Positions 13,610 through 28,349 of a DNA stretch of 64,000 bases are shown here, piece by piece; positions within the stretch are counted from its first letter, which is position 1; each line of letters opens with the position of its first letter. The stretch spans positions 299,460,001 to 299,524,000 of the forward strand of contig OZ024742.1 of the NCBI GenBank assembly GCA_964016885.1. Direction: 5' to 3'. This DNA comes from Eledone cirrhosa. Its lineage: Eukaryota. The position numbers and the translations under genes are program-made. Under the pieces are notes generated by a model. The model had not been told where the DNA came from. It saw only the letters and a program-made list of their open reading frames with translations, and did no database searches.

Positions 13610-14852
13610 GATAAAAGGGAGTGACAGAGAGAGGGGGGAGAGATGGAGAGAGAGAAAAAGGGAGATAGCATGAAATGGAATGAGAAAGAGAGAGAGAGAA
13701 CGAAATAGAGTGAGGGAGAAAGACCGGAAATGGGAGAGAAAGAGAGAGAAAGAAAGAAAGAGAGAGTGAGGGAGAAAGGGTGGTTGGGGGAGAGAGAATG
13801 AGAGCGGGCATGAAATATACTGAAAAAATAGAGAGAAAGAACGAAAAAGGGAGAGAGAGAAAGAAAGAAAGAACGTGAGAGCGAGGGAGAGAGAGAGGTT
13901 GGATGAGAGAGAGAATGACATAGTAAAAGAAATTTTCATAGCTGTTAATTATTTCAGTCAAGGAAAATAGATGTTGTTCGGCGTCGTAGATATTACTGTA
14001 TGAAATCCTATTTAGCCATTCCAGCATTCTCGAAACCTACGGTCAAACAGACGCCATAGTGCAGCAGCATGATTACACCGGATATCCTGTTATAATTAAT
14101 GTTCTTTTTTCTTATTTGCTGTATATTTGTTGTTTTGTGCCCTACTACGATGACATATGTGGTTCCAAGATATCAGCTGCTGACCATTTTATATAAATTG
14201 TATATTGCACCGCAATTGCCCTATTATTATTCTGACATATGTGGGGTGCATATGAATGAATGTATGTGTGAGTTTGTGACAAAGTATATCTAAATAATAT
14301 AATATATACTATGTATAAATAGATATTATATATTTTTTATTTTACTATATTCATATATATGTATCACTTGATATTTAATATACTATTATATTATCTCTAC
14401 CCGACCCCCACTGCCTCCTTATTCCAGCACTCACTGGACCTTCACAACCCCCACCGCCAACCAAGGTATTCTGAGGCTGTGTTCTTGAAACGTGATGCTA
14501 AATATTTTTCTAGTACTTTTCTAATTTGTTTTAAAAATTCCCTCCAAGCATTATTTTCGGTGATCGTCGCATACAATACAGTTGCGGGTGTGTACGTGAT
14601 TGATGTAGACGAGGGCGCCTAAAGACAGTGAATATGTCGAAGGGCCGTCAGCTGTTCAAACATATAACTCCTTACCTACTAGAGTAGTAATTCCGACCTA
14701 AGAAACGAATTTGATTGACAGGTGGAGAATGAAAAGAATCAAATAGTGGACAACCATGAGTGGCTAGAAATATCGACAACAACAAGAACTAAGCCGACAG
14801 GCGAAGGATATCGATTTAAAAGGACATAGGAAAATCTGCTTCGTAGAATCAA

Positions 14853-14948
14853 GACGCATCTGAGGATCTTGCGATTTTCAGAGTCAGGTTCGATCATCAC
14901 ATCGATCGTGCCTCGAACTGGTCGCCAGAGAAACGATTGTAATATGTC
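14853..14948 (+). ncRNA. Type-I hammerhead with extended stem II, in a repeat (~14820-15075) homologous to 25245-25515
   Basis: gacgcat CTGAGGA tcttgcgatt...gttcga...tcgaac.ggtcgccaga GAAAC gatt GTA atatgtc. Confidence 0.75.
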
Positions 14949-15129
14949 CAATAAATTCCATTCGTCACAGCACTGATTCTCTTTTGTTCTGTGTAATATC
15001 ATACTATGCTCTATGAGAGCATCGAGAGCTCATAGGCCTACCACATACGGACGCTTTAATCATCCATCACCAATTATATATATATATATGATTTCTAAAG
15101 AATGAAACAGTTCTAGTCCTGTAGAATCT

Positions 15130-15755
<626 letters not shown>

Positions 15756-15784
15756 TATATATATATATATATGTATATACATAC

Positions 15785-15843
<59 letters not shown>

Positions 15844-15848
15844 CATAC

Positions 15849-15899
<51 letters not shown>

Positions 15900-15904
15900 C
15901 ATAC

Positions 15905-15975
<71 letters not shown>

Positions 15976-16005
15976 CATACATATGTATATAGATATATAT
16001 TTATG

Positions 16006-16040
<35 letters not shown>

Positions 16041-16443
16041 ATATACACACATGCATATATGTATACACACATTTATATACACATATCTACTTATGATTCT
16101 ATCTCTCTCTTTCTCCATACATATATACACACATGTATTTATATGAGTGTAGCGTGAGGGGGGGGGTCTACGCGTGTGTATATTAATTATAAAGAATTTT
16201 TTTTTTTTTTTGTGCAGAGAAGCCAATAAAACTGAAAAAGAAAATCAGATTTCCAGCAATAATATAATGATACTTCAGCAAAGCTTACATGAGAAAACAC
16301 ATTTAAGTAGAAAAAGGCTACACGTTGAAATGAATACATGTACAATCTTGGCTTAAAAGTGTTAGGTTTTTGTTGGTTAGATATTAAGTATTTTGTGGAT
16401 TAGTTTGCTTGTCACTTATTTTATTTGGTTGATAGGTAGGGTT

Positions 16444-16487
<44 letters not shown>

Positions 16488-17254
16488 TATTTATATATAT
16501 AACAAAAAAAGTGTGGTAAGATACTAGGTGGACCATAACGCATCAGACCAGAGTACTCGCTATTTAGGGTAGTATAGTAAAGTGGGTAATAAGAAAAGAG
16601 TCAGGACACCGACGGCTGAGCTTCGGCCGTTTCGACAGCCACATTCGATCTAGCTGGGGTAGGAAAAAGTTGAAAATGCAATTGGAAACTTTTAGAAGGT
16701 TTATTTACAACAATTAATCACTTTAATGGTTTCACAAGTTTCATGATTTTCAAAATTTAAGAGGGATGGAGAAATGTGTCGCTATACCGATTTGTAAGGC
16801 GCATATAATTATATATACATACTTATGTATGTATAAAATAAATAATATTTCAGACTATTGGTAAAAGAGTCAATATATTGTGTCCCATATCCTGCATCGG
16901 TTGTAAAGCAGTTGACATAGCATAGTTTTGAATCTATTCAGCTGTATGGTTGTGTACTGTATATCATGCTTAGTTAAGTTAGAAATATGTTAATGAAAGG
17001 GTTAATTAATCATATTGATGGCCTTGGAATAATGAGTATCTGAGTAAGCGGAGGTTATAGACGTTAGAAGCAGTAAGATTTGTATAAAAGCAAAATATTA
17101 TTTACTTGATATATATATTTCTATGTATTTATACATATATGAATAACCGGGAAAGATTGGAATTTAAAATATAGTTGTCCGTTCGTAAAAGAATATAATA
17201 ATTGTTTCTACTATTTGACCAGTCATTACTGGTACTGGTACTAATTAACGCAGT

Positions 17255-17385
17255 CATTACTGGTACTTTATTTTATCGACCCTGTAAAGATAAAAGGCAA
17301 AGTCAGGATTTGAACTCAGATCGTAAAGGGCCGTGCTGCAAAGCATGGCGTCCAACCCTCTACCGATACTGCCAATCCACCGATT
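17255..17385 (-). mobile_element. SINE-A, internally deleted
   Basis: cattactggtactttattttatcgac...ggatttgaactcag...taccgatactgccaatccacc. Confidence 0.8.
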
Positions 17386-17723
17386 ATAATAATAATCTTT
17401 CGCTATAGTAGAGAAAATTGAATAACATACCCCTGAAGCGGATAGAATTGTACAGAGGCGCTGGCGAGGAATTGACGCATAACTAAATGCTTAAAGTCTT
17501 CTAGAAGACGTCAATTGTTAGTCAATGACCACTTAGTTTATTGCATAAAACACTCACCCGACGTCGTTCTATTCTCCTTGCAGGCGCCTCTGTCCACGTG
17601 TTTCCGTTACGAGGGCTATTTACTTCATTATCTTTATTATTATGATGCTTTGCCTTTGTTATATTCACTTAATCACTTACAATTGGACGACTACATTTCT
17701 AATTTCCCAAACACATACACATA

Positions 17724-17772
<49 letters not shown>

Positions 17773-17850
17773 GAGAGAGACCCTGAGTTAAATCGTGGGT
17801 AACCACAGTAAATACGGTATTCAATACATTAGTAGAGTGGAAACAACAAA

Positions 17851-17978
17851 AATTAATATAGAAATGGCTTCTACAGGACTAGAACTGTTTCCTTCGTATG
17901 AAATCACCAGGAAATCCCAGATGATTCCATACGAATGAAACAGTTCTAGTGCTGTAAATGCCATTTCTATATTTAATT
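17851..17978. mobile_element. Small fold-back with HHR-like remnants in both arms; fragment of the same family at ~15088-15130
   Basis: Arms ~17851-17906 / 17921-17978. CAGATGA ttccatacgaat GAAACAGTT on +, CTGGTGA tttcatacgaag GAAACAGTT on -. Confidence 0.6.
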
Positions 17979-18002
17979 TCGTGCTATATATATATATAGT
18001 AA

Positions 18003-18248
18003 TAATAATAAATTTAAAGACTAAAATCCAAAGAGGGCTCGATAAGGATAAATATATATCAAATATATAAGAACCGTAGAGCAAATATTTATTAAAATAA
18101 CAGATGACAGGACCTCCGGTTGCAACGTTTTTTGAAATATCCAGTTCTGCGTTTACAGATTGACTTTGTTAGTTTCAGAAGATCCCGTTAAGGGTGAAAG
18201 CAGCGATTCTTTGCTTAAACTTTAATCTGTTATTTTAATAAATATATA
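18003..18248 (+). mobile_element. Fold-back element, same family as 27425-27650
   Basis: Arms 18084-18106 / ~18226-18248. 18003-18106 is the reverse complement of ~27537-27642. CAGAAGA t ccc-gttaa-ggg t GAAA core-like motif. Confidence 0.7.
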
Positions 18249-18264
18249 TATATATATATATATA

Positions 18265-18525
18265 TTGGCTTACAATCTCTGCAATGGCCATTACGATCTC
18301 CCTCAAGATCTCCTATTCACTCCGGCACTTGAAAGGGGTCTACGTGGACATGACAAAAAGCTGTTTCACCGCCGCTTTCGCCTAAATAGACGGAAAGCTG
18401 CTTTCTCGATCCGCATCTCTGGACACTGGAATCGGCTTCCCGAAGTAGTAGTCAATGCGTCAACCACGCAACAATTCAAGGCGAAATTGGACTGGTGTTG
18501 GACCACTGTGTTTCGGACTGTGTAA
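18265..18525 (+). pseudogene. 3' end of a CR1/L2-group LINE ORF2 (5'-truncated)
   Basis: LRGHDKKL...RLNRRKAAFSIRISGHWNRLPEVVVNASTTQQFKAKLD matches the conserved CR1-group C-terminus (TRGH...FSxR...WNxLP...FKxxLD). Confidence 0.85.
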
Positions 18526-18708
18526 ACGTTTCCCCCTGCCCTCCTTACATGGCATCTGAAGCATCTATGTTTTAATTTCTGCCAAATATATTGAATTGAA
18601 TTGAATATGATACAGTTGAAACAGTAAACAAAAAAACCAACAACGTGGAAGCGAAGAGGCAGTACAAAATGTTAATATTAGTTTCACGCTTGAGAGTGGG
18701 GGATGGGG

Positions 18709-18743
18709 GACGACGTTTCGGGCGTAAGCCCTTCATCAGGAGA
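18709..18743 (-). ncRNA. Minimal hammerhead core (stem I eroded) in a PLE-terminus remnant
   Basis: Minus strand: CTGATGA a GGGC-TTAC-GCCC GAAAC GTC. Confidence 0.65.
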
Positions 18744-19166
18744 AAAGTGGGCAGGAAAAGAGTTCCGAGGGTGTATATATATGTATATATTATTTTTCTA
18801 TTAGAGATTGGCAAACTTTATTTCTGAATAACCAAAAGCTTATAAAGTAGGAAGGAAAAGACGAAAGACGGTGATGGAGCAAACTTTACACGCATGACTG
18901 GGCGACACATTCCACCTGCGCTCCGTGGACGTGATGGTGAGGGCTTGCCATGTAGAGACCATGGCGGAGATCCTTTCTCAAACGTGACGACCATGTCCCT
19001 GTATATTTGTATTAATAAGCACAAACATGGTTATGTGATTCAAGAGCTCATTTCATAAATATGTGAATTTATGTTCAGTCTCGCAGCACAGCATCTGGGA
19101 AAATGTCTTCTAATATAGCTTGGGTTGATGAATCTCTTTTGTTGGCGGAAACTACAGAATCCCGCC

Positions 19167-19201
<35 letters not shown>

Positions 19202-19294
19202 AGTAGAACACTGAAGGGTTATATCCGTAGTAGTAGAGCACTCAATCTATGGGACCAGTTTGGTAGAAGTAGTTCCACAACAGTAGTTCACCAT

Positions 19295-19337
19295 ACCGAG
19301 AACAATTGTTTCAATTTATTCGGATCATCAGCTCGGT
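19295..19337 (-). ncRNA. Minimal hammerhead (stem II decayed) in element 19199-19350
   Basis: Minus strand: accgag CTGATGA tccgaataaatt GAAAC aatt GTT ctcggt. 6-bp stem I; sibling of 4063-4100. Confidence 0.7.
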
Positions 19338-19828
19338 CTAAAGGAAGTTGTAAATATATATATGCCTGGGGGTGCGTGTGTGATAGATTAGCGTTCGACA
19401 AAAAATCGATCGATAAAAATAAGTACCAGATTTGAAACAAAATGTACTGGGGTCGATATGATCGACTGAATCAAGGTGGTGCTCCAGCTTGGCCGCAGTC
19501 TAATGACTGAAACCTGTAAAGGAATAAAAGAATAATTGGAGAAATCTTAAAAGAACTTATTAATTGGGTTTGTGAATATGAGATGTGAGTAACAAGCCAA
19601 AATAGAATTCTATAGACTTTGTTGTAACAATAAATTTCAATAGCACTGATGTTTATGCATAAGGAATCGTTAGATTAACAAAATCATTCATGCGTTAAGC
19701 TAACCTACGATTTTAAAGGAGTGTACTCGGTGAATTAGGCAAACAAAATTGATACACACATACCTACCCACTCAAACTAGTACTTATTTCCATATGAGGA
19801 AACTTTGATGGCCGGAACATATATATGC

Positions 19829-19859
<31 letters not shown>

Positions 19860-20521
19860 TGTGTGTGTGCGTGTGTGTGTGTGTCTGTGTGTATATATAT
19901 ACGTATATGTATATGGGGGGCGATTGTGGAGGGTGAGTAAGTGTGTGTGTGTGTGTATCTGTGTGTGGGTGTGTGGGTGTGTATGTATGTGTGTGTGTGC
20001 GTGCGTGTGTCTGTGTGTGTGTATGTGTGTTTGTGTGTATATATATATGTATATGGGGGGGGCGATTGTGGAGGGTGAGGAAGTGTGTGTGTATGTGTGT
20101 GTATGTGTGCGTGCGTGTGTTTATGTGTGTGTGTGGGTGTGTATGTGTGTGTGTGTGTGTCGTATGTGAAGCATCAAACTTTCGAAGCGCTAAGGAGTTA
20201 TGAAGTTCATAGAAATTCAGTCGCAGACATAAACCTAAAAACAGTCGGTTGTTATAAATATTAGTTTAGAAAGGGAAAATACCTCTGTGAACGGGACCAT
20301 ATCTTTCAGATACCGGCTGCCTGCTCTAGCCATTGAACTAAACATCCTCAGAAGTATTCCGATTGTTTCGGCTAAGCGGGAAAATGCAGACTATGTTGCC
20401 GGTCCTCAAATTCAAGCCCTATCCATCGGCCTCAAATGACATGTCATATCCACTGCCATCTTTCACAACAAAAGATAAATATCTATCATTCTTCTTTGTT
20501 TTCTCATTGTCTAACTTACAA

Positions 20522-20558
<37 letters not shown>

Positions 20559-20596
20559 TATATATATATATATATATAGAAACATACATATATATA

Positions 20597-20637
<41 letters not shown>

Positions 20638-20643
20638 ACTCTC

Positions 20644-20718
<75 letters not shown>

Positions 20719-21450
20719 TAAACGCACACAAGCACAATATATACTATTGTTTTTGTTGTTTGTTGCTGTTTTCAACTCAACATCAATTTCTTCGTTTCGC
20801 CCTTAATATTATCTTAATATATTTTCGTATTTGTAATATCGGTAGCAAAATATCACCAAGTCCTGCAGATGAGTCTTTACAAAATCTTTAAATAATACTA
20901 CATTTAATATATTGGCACTGACGTGGCAGAATATTTAGACTGTTGCTATTGGTTCCAGCTCTCTGCGCTTTGACTTCAAATCCTACCTAGACCAAATTCA
21001 CCTTTCATCCTTTCGAGGTCGATACAGAACTCCTGGGTAGTTAAATGAAGTAGATTTTGCTACACACATTTGACGGACTCTTTTGAGCCCCGGTGACGTT
21101 GGTTGCTTCCACTATGATGAATGATCTTTGCTACAGGATTGTACAGAAACATTAGAGTCTCATCACCAGTTATGGTGGTATTCAGGAACTAGAAATTCAT
21201 GTTGGCAGTATCTAGCAAAACTAAAATATGAGGAATAAGTTGTAGAGCACTTCACACCCTGGTTGCCTGACAGCGTCTGATGCATTCTACAAGCTCCCCA
21301 AAATCTAGGCATACGTTTGAATGCAAGCTGTTCTATTGTGCAGACCTTTTTCTTTCTAATGTCATTACTAATTCGGATAAGATAAAAGCAATTTTTTTTC
21401 TTTTTAGAAATTTGAAGATTTTGCATTTATATGAGTATATATATATATGT

Positions 21451-22049
21451 AAAAGTTCTATTTAAATTGTTGGGATACAACAAGCAAATACTTTTATAAC
21501 TGATATAAAGCACTCAACAAATAATTGGAGTAAAAATACGATATACTAACAAATGGAAACTATATTTATAAAACCATATTTATTTCATTATACTAACAAA
21601 AGGAAACTATATTTATAAAACCATATTTATTTCATTATACATATTTCAAGGACACCAAGTCAAATTATGGTGTGCTTTCATCAGATAAAATATAATATAG
21701 AGCAGTTTTATAAATAAATATTGACATACCCGCACAAGAATGCAACCACTACTGTAATGGTTGCATTCTTTAAGAGTATGTCAATATTTATTTATAAAAC
21801 TGCTCTATATTATATTCTATCTGAAGAAAGCACACCATAATTTGACTTGGTGTCCTTGAAATATGTATAATGAAATAAATATGGTTTTATAAATATAGTT
21901 TCCTTTTGTTAGTATAATGAAATAAATATGGTTTTATAAATATAGTTTCCATTTGTTAGTATATCGTATTTTTACTCCAATAATTTGTTGAGTGCTTTAT
22001 ATCAGTTATAAAAATATTTGCTTGTTGTATCCCAACAATTTAAATAGAA

Positions 22050-22052
<3 letters not shown>
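21451..22052. mobile_element. ~600-bp palindromic element flanked by (TA)n, HHR-like core in each arm
   Basis: Arms ~21451-21748 / 21758-22052. CTGAAGA aag-c-acacca...tggtgt-c-ctt GAAAT AT GTA at 21821-21867, CTGATGA in the mirror arm. Stem I unclear. Confidence 0.85.
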
Positions 22053-22102
<50 letters not shown>

Positions 22103-22809
22103 TTTAGAATAAATAAAGGAGTGAAGGGATCAGTCTGGTAAGACGAGTTACAATAGTGTCTAATTTAGTCACAAGGCCTATAATATTTTTAGGTAGAGGA
22201 GAAAATCGATTATACTGAAGCACTACATTACGGGTACTTTACTTTATTGATTATGAATGGAGAGAACGCAACGTTGAGCTCGGTGAGATCTGAAACCAGA
22301 ACTTAAAGAAACGTAACTGAATGACCCAAACTATTAGATGGGTGAAAAATTGATTTTCATATTTCAGTTGAAATCGAGCTCGAAATGTTTTGTGTGCTAA
22401 GCGAAATTATTGCCTGCACAGTCCAAAAGCTGTATATGACTACATAAACTCATATGTCGTTAGAGTTTGATTTGAGGAAGATTTGGCTATTATTTCTAGC
22501 AAAACTGTTAACCATGACCATGCACTCACTCTAGTAAATCTAATAGGTAATATAGCACTGTAGGTTAAATCAATTAAGCGGTACACAGATGAGCAATTTG
22601 ATGATGTAACAGATTACATATCTATTATATCATCGTTCATTAAAGCTCTGAGATCACAACCAAACTAATCTAACCTGTAACAGAAGTAAAGTATAGTGGC
22701 TGCTAGATTTACACACGTCTGGGTGTTATGCTTCTTGTTCAGTTTAAATTGTAGCGTAGATAGATTGATGAATTTACTTTCATTACATCTGTCATTATTG
22801 TAAAAGGAA

Positions 22810-23000
22810 GGGCGGTGGATTGGCAGTATCAGTAGAGGGTCGGACGCCATGCTTTCCAGCATAGTTACGTCCCTTTACGATCTGAGTTCAAATCCCGCCG
22901 AGGTTAACTTTGCCTTTAATCCTTACAGGGTCGATAAAATAAAGTACCAGTAATGCACTGGTTAATTGCTGGCCTTGTGCCTAAAGTAGAAACAATTATT
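22810..23000 (+). mobile_element. Full-length SINE-A with 20-bp flanking direct repeat (TSD)
   Basis: attattgtaaaaggaagggc at 22794-22813 and 22995-23014. Confidence 0.9.
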
Positions 23001-24833
23001 GTAAAAGGAAGGGCAAATATTTAGCTAATTCGATCACGTCTTTCGTATTAGATTTTGTTGACACAGACGTGTCAACTCTCCCCGTCAGACGTGAAGATCT
23101 CCCACCCACTTTGGGTATAGCTTCCATTATGTAAAATCTGGGACACTAATTTACATGGTATTCCCCGTTTGGGTTTTTAGAGGTTGGCAGATCTGTACTC
23201 ACTACATTAACAATGCTATCAGTGGCTGTCGTTTTTTTTTCTTGTGGATGACGTTTTGAAATCATTTATCTTTGATTTATTTATTAATATAGTCATTTTC
23301 CAGTCTTACTAAAATACATTGTACATCTTAATAATTCTCTTATTACAATCTCGCCAGGGACTCACTGGTACTTAATAAAAACAAAGTATGGTCAAGGCTA
23401 TCTCTCACATATGCTAATATGTTTAAAATAATATTAGACATTGAAATATCGTTTTATTTTCATAATCGTGTAATTATTTCTAATCATTTATTCATGTTGG
23501 CTGCATTAAATATATTAACTATATTAACGCTAACTTAAATATATTTCATATGGAGTGATTAACTTTCTTTTAAGAAGAAGAAGAAGAAGAAGAAGAAGGA
23601 AGAATAATAATAAGAAGAAGAAGAAGAAGAGATTGGTGATTAACAACCTTGAAAGAGTGAAAGATATAATTGATCTTAGTGGAGCGCAAGAAAACTGAAT
23701 AAATACCAACAAATACCCGATGTTTTAACAAACCCGACAATTCGTAAGCACCCATAACTCCTGGTGTGTTCGTATGCGTGACAAATTTACATACAGCAAC
23801 TCTAAAGCATGTTAAAACTTGGCGGAGCCCATTTCCTTTCTAGGTTTAAATACTGCAGAATCCTTCTAGAAAGGATAAAGAGTGAGAAAATTGAAGTGAT
23901 AAAGTGATATAGAAGACGAATTGACCCCAGTATTAGATTGGTACTTTTTTATCGACCCCAAATGGATGAAAGGCAAAGCTGGACCCGGTAGTATTTGAAC
24001 TCAAAGAACAGAGAGCGAAAACAATTAGCGCAAAGCATTCTATCCAACGTTTTAGAGACTGCCAATTCGGTGCTGTAGTCCTGGGTGTAAACCAGATTAA
24101 ATCAACATAGGTTTTCTTACTTCGGTGTTCTATAAAACAAATACCATTATACAAATAGCCGGGTAGATATATTCAACTAAGCCATTGAAGGTTGTGCCTC
24201 AGAATGACCGCAGCAGCCCAATAACTGAAGCCAGTAAACAAAATTACAATATAACATAGAATCTCTAAAATATTTATATATTTTACTCGATTAAAAAGTT
24301 GGTAGACATTACTCCGCAGCAAAGTATTTGAAAACATATATCATTGAATATTATGGAAATTCTTCCAGTAATCAATTCCGTTATTGAAATGTCACACGAA
24401 ATTCTTTTTAATTCTTTCCCGAATGTAATATAGCATTTTCTATATATCATCATTAAAATGGTTTCGATGATGTTCAATGTTATATTGTGTAAAATGTCGA
24501 ACAAAATACCTTGCAATAATGTATTGTATTCAAGTAACTCACGTATGACATACATTTTATTCCTTTATGCTCAATAAAATAATTTGGGGGACAATTTACT
24601 GCAGCATTTGTAATTCAATGAAGACTTATCAGTTCAAATTGAGAATAAGGGTTTCAAAATATTTTTTTATGATATAAAAGTGTGTGTAATGTCATCAAAA
24701 TGGGATTGAAACAGATATTTTGAGAGACGAACAACAATATATATATATATATTGGATTTTCAACATGGAAATGGATTTTTACATGGACTCTACTTAAACT
24801 TCCATTTCGATATCTTTTCGGATCACTGGATTT

Positions 24834-24906
<73 letters not shown>

Positions 24907-25123
24907 ATGTAAACGGGTTGAGAGAGAGAGAGATTATTGTTTATGTATATGTTGGCCTAGTCCTTGTGAATGAAGGTGGTACGTAGCAAGCAGAAACTGT
25001 ATCGAATACTTTAAGGATACACAAGTCTGTCGAGCATACAAACACTTATACATTACTTCACTTGGACCGTCAATCCATCGAATAGCTAAAAATCGATGGA
25101 AAGATCTTCTATGTATGCGTGTA

Positions 25124-25177
<54 letters not shown>

Positions 25178-25244
25178 TGAGCGTGTGTATGCATATATAT
25201 ATATATGTATATATATATATGCATATATATATATATATATATAT

Positions 25245-25511
25245 GAAGGCCGAGGGAGTAACTGGACATTTGGAAACTCCGCTTTGAAGAATCGAGACGT
25301 ATCTGAGGACCTTGCGATTTCAGAGTCAGGTTCGATCATTGCATCGATCGTGCCTCGAGCTGGTCGCCAGATAAACGATTGTAATATGTCTAATAAATGT
25401 TATTCGACGTACCTCTGATTCTCCGTTTCATATGTGATATTATACTCTGCTCTGTAAAAGCATCGAGTATTCAAACGGCCTAGCGCATACGGACGCTTTA
25501 ACCATCCCACA

Positions 25512-25515
<4 letters not shown>
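25245..25515 (+). mobile_element. (TA)n-flanked PLE-terminus element with inactivated HHR (25296-25390)
   Basis: gacgtat CTGAGGA ... TAAAC gatt GTA atatgtc. Perfect 7-bp stem I but G12U. Homolog of 14853-14948. Confidence 0.75.
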
Positions 25516-25563
<48 letters not shown>

Positions 25564-25564
25564 A

Positions 25565-25720
25565 TAATTGTTTCTACTTTAGGCACAAGGCCAGCAATTA
25601 CCCAGTGCATTACTGGTACTTTATTTTATCGACCCCGTAAGGATGAAAGGCAAAGTCAACCTCGGCGGGATTTGAACTCAGATCGTAAAGGGACGTAACT
25701 ATGCTGTACCGATACTGTCA
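25565..25720 (-). mobile_element. SINE-A
   Basis: Reverse complement of the consensus. Confidence 0.85.
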
Positions 25721-26044
25721 ATAATTGTGTCTGCTTGTCTTGAACTTTTGTTACTGGCTATTTAAAGCGATTCCTTGAAGTTAATATTCCCTATGAATGA
25801 CATTTTATTGACTGAAATATTTACTTTACTGTGTATGAGTCCTTAACGTTATTCATATTTTGAGTATCTATCACACTAACCCATAAAACAAACAAATAGT
25901 GATACACACACACATACGCGCGCGCACATACACACTCAAGCACACATACACACACATACACACACACACACACATACACACACACACACACACATACACA
26001 CACACAGACACACACACTTATATATATATGTGTGTGTGTGTGTG

Positions 26045-26210
26045 AAGGAACTGCCTGAGTGGTTAGTGAATTGGATTCACAATCGGGAAGTTGTGAGTTC
26101 GATTTACGTTTCCTCCTTCTACCTGGAGTTGCGACCGATAGAGAGTATTAGCAATTAAAAAGACCAATAGAAACATTCTTTCCTCGTTCCTACTTGACGA
26201 AAGTCGATCG
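26045..26210 (+). mobile_element. Third tRNA-headed SINE-like repeat; 3' part repeated inverted at 59970-60065
   Basis: ctgagtggttag (A box), gagttcgatt (B box), then ttctacctggagttgcgaccgataga...gacgaaagtcgatcg shared with 59970-60065(-). Confidence 0.6.
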
Positions 26211-27424
26211 ACTGTCGATATATATGTTCGAAAAATATTCTCTAAATATCCAAGGTAAAAATGTTTAAAATAAATTATATCATCTGAACTTTTCAAGATC
26301 GATATCCTAATCTATTATCTCGGAAATATGTTTATGTAATTTCATTACGCTGTTGTAAGTATAAAGTACAAAAACTTGCCTGAAAATGTAGAATTAAACA
26401 ATTTTATATTCTTTTCCCACTAGTCATTATAGTGTAATAAATATTTTATGATCTCGTCAACAATGGACATAAAATCTTACATCCGGATAACAGCAATCTA
26501 TATGATATATTGCAGGCCATCAAGATATGATTCTAGGCTTTATATTTCATTCAAAACTATTTGTATAAATGCACATTTGTCATATAAAATATTGCACAGT
26601 TTCCTCTCTGACAGTCGATATCTTCCCTGGAAACAGTTTAAAAGCTTATTGCAAATAATGTTAATGTACTGTAAAAGTAAATGACATATTCCTTTCTGAG
26701 AGATTGCCAGGTCAAAGCAAGATATCCGATATTAATTTGGGGTGTGTGGTTTTTATATCTGGGAAAATGAGAGAAATGCATTCGTACTGGGAAACATTAT
26801 TATCTGAAATTCATGTTTTCTATTCTCATTATCAGATATTGCTTTTCTGCCTTATTGCTTTTCTGCCTATGTAACTACTAGTATGGCTCAATCACACTAA
26901 TGGTTTTATAAACTATTTCCGTCTCGGATGAGAAATCAACCTGTAGACAGTTTCTGCGTTTAATGATATATGATATAGTTATATTAAATTGCAATTGTTA
27001 TTGTTTAAACCTTCCACAAGGACATACCACCACACAGGATTAACGATCCCAATCGAGTAAAACTATGCAGCATGGACTGCTTTATTTTTATCTGTCCTTC
27101 TCTTTTTGTTTCTAAATCAGTGGGACGTTACTATTGTAAGTGCATTGAAAAGAACGTAGAAATTAAAGAACGAATTTGAGATGTTAACCTTGGACTTTTG
27201 TCATATTGAATATTAACACTCTGCTACTTGAACTGTCTTCAACAACAAGAACTTTGACTGTCGATGAGTTATTCATCTGTTTTAAACTCCTGATGAACTG
27301 AGCTTTTTAGTGTGCATAGAACTTCTCTCAGCTTACCAAAGATAATAGTGGAATATCCCACTATAATCATTTATATTATATATATTTTATATATATAATA
27401 TATGTATATATATATATTATATAT

Positions 27425-27650
27425 ATATATTTATTAAAATAACAGATTAAAGTTTAAGCAAAGAATCGCTGCTTTCACCCTTAACGGTCAGAAGATCCCG
27501 TTAAGGGTGAAAGCAGCGATTCTTTGCTTAAAATTTAATCTGTTATTTTAATAAATATTTGCTCTACGGTTCTTATATATTTGATATATATTTATCCTTA
27601 TCGAGCCCTCTTTGGATTTTAGTCTTCAAATTTATTATTATTACTATTAT
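27425..27650 (+). mobile_element. Fold-back element flanked by (TA)n
   Basis: Arms ~27427-27487 / 27498-27558 with loop tcagaagatc. The right arm is extended ~90 bp. Confidence 0.8.
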
Positions 27651-27817
27651 ATATATATATATATATATATTTATTAAAATAACAGATATATATATATATA
27701 TGGCTAATTTATCAGATTTGTGGATTCGCATATATATATATGTGTGTAGGGGGTGCGTTTGTATGTACGTGGGGTACGTATGTGTCTGTATAAAATATAT
27801 ATATATATTATAAAATA

Positions 27818-27861
<44 letters not shown>

Positions 27862-27864
<3 letters not shown>

Positions 27865-28306
27865 GATATTAAACAAATGGAAACTATATTTATAAAACCA
27901 TATTTATTTCGTTATATATATTTCTGGGATATCATATTAAAAATATGGTATGCCTTCCTCAGACAAAATACAATACATAAGCTGTTTTATAAATAATTAG
28001 TGACATACCATATAACTGTCATAACAGTTTCACTACCAAATCAACTTTTTAAATGGAAGTTGCATTATTACAAGGTATGTCACTAATTATTTATAAAACA
28101 GCTTATGTATTGTATTTTGTCTGAGGAAGGCATACCATATTTTTAATATGATATCCCAGAAATATATATAACGAAATAAATATGGTTTTATAAATATAGT
28201 TTCCATTTGTTTAATATCGTAAACCTACTCCAGAAACTGTTGAGTGCTTTTATATCAGTTATAAAATATTTACTCGTTGTAACCCAACAATCTTAAATAA
28301 AACTTT

Positions 28307-28310
<4 letters not shown>
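27862..28310. mobile_element. Fold-back element, same family as 21451-22052
   Basis: Arms 27862-28009 / 28074-28221 and a right-arm extension to ~28310. CTGAGGA...GAAAT at 28121-28163. Confidence 0.85.
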
Positions 28311-28349
<39 letters not shown>

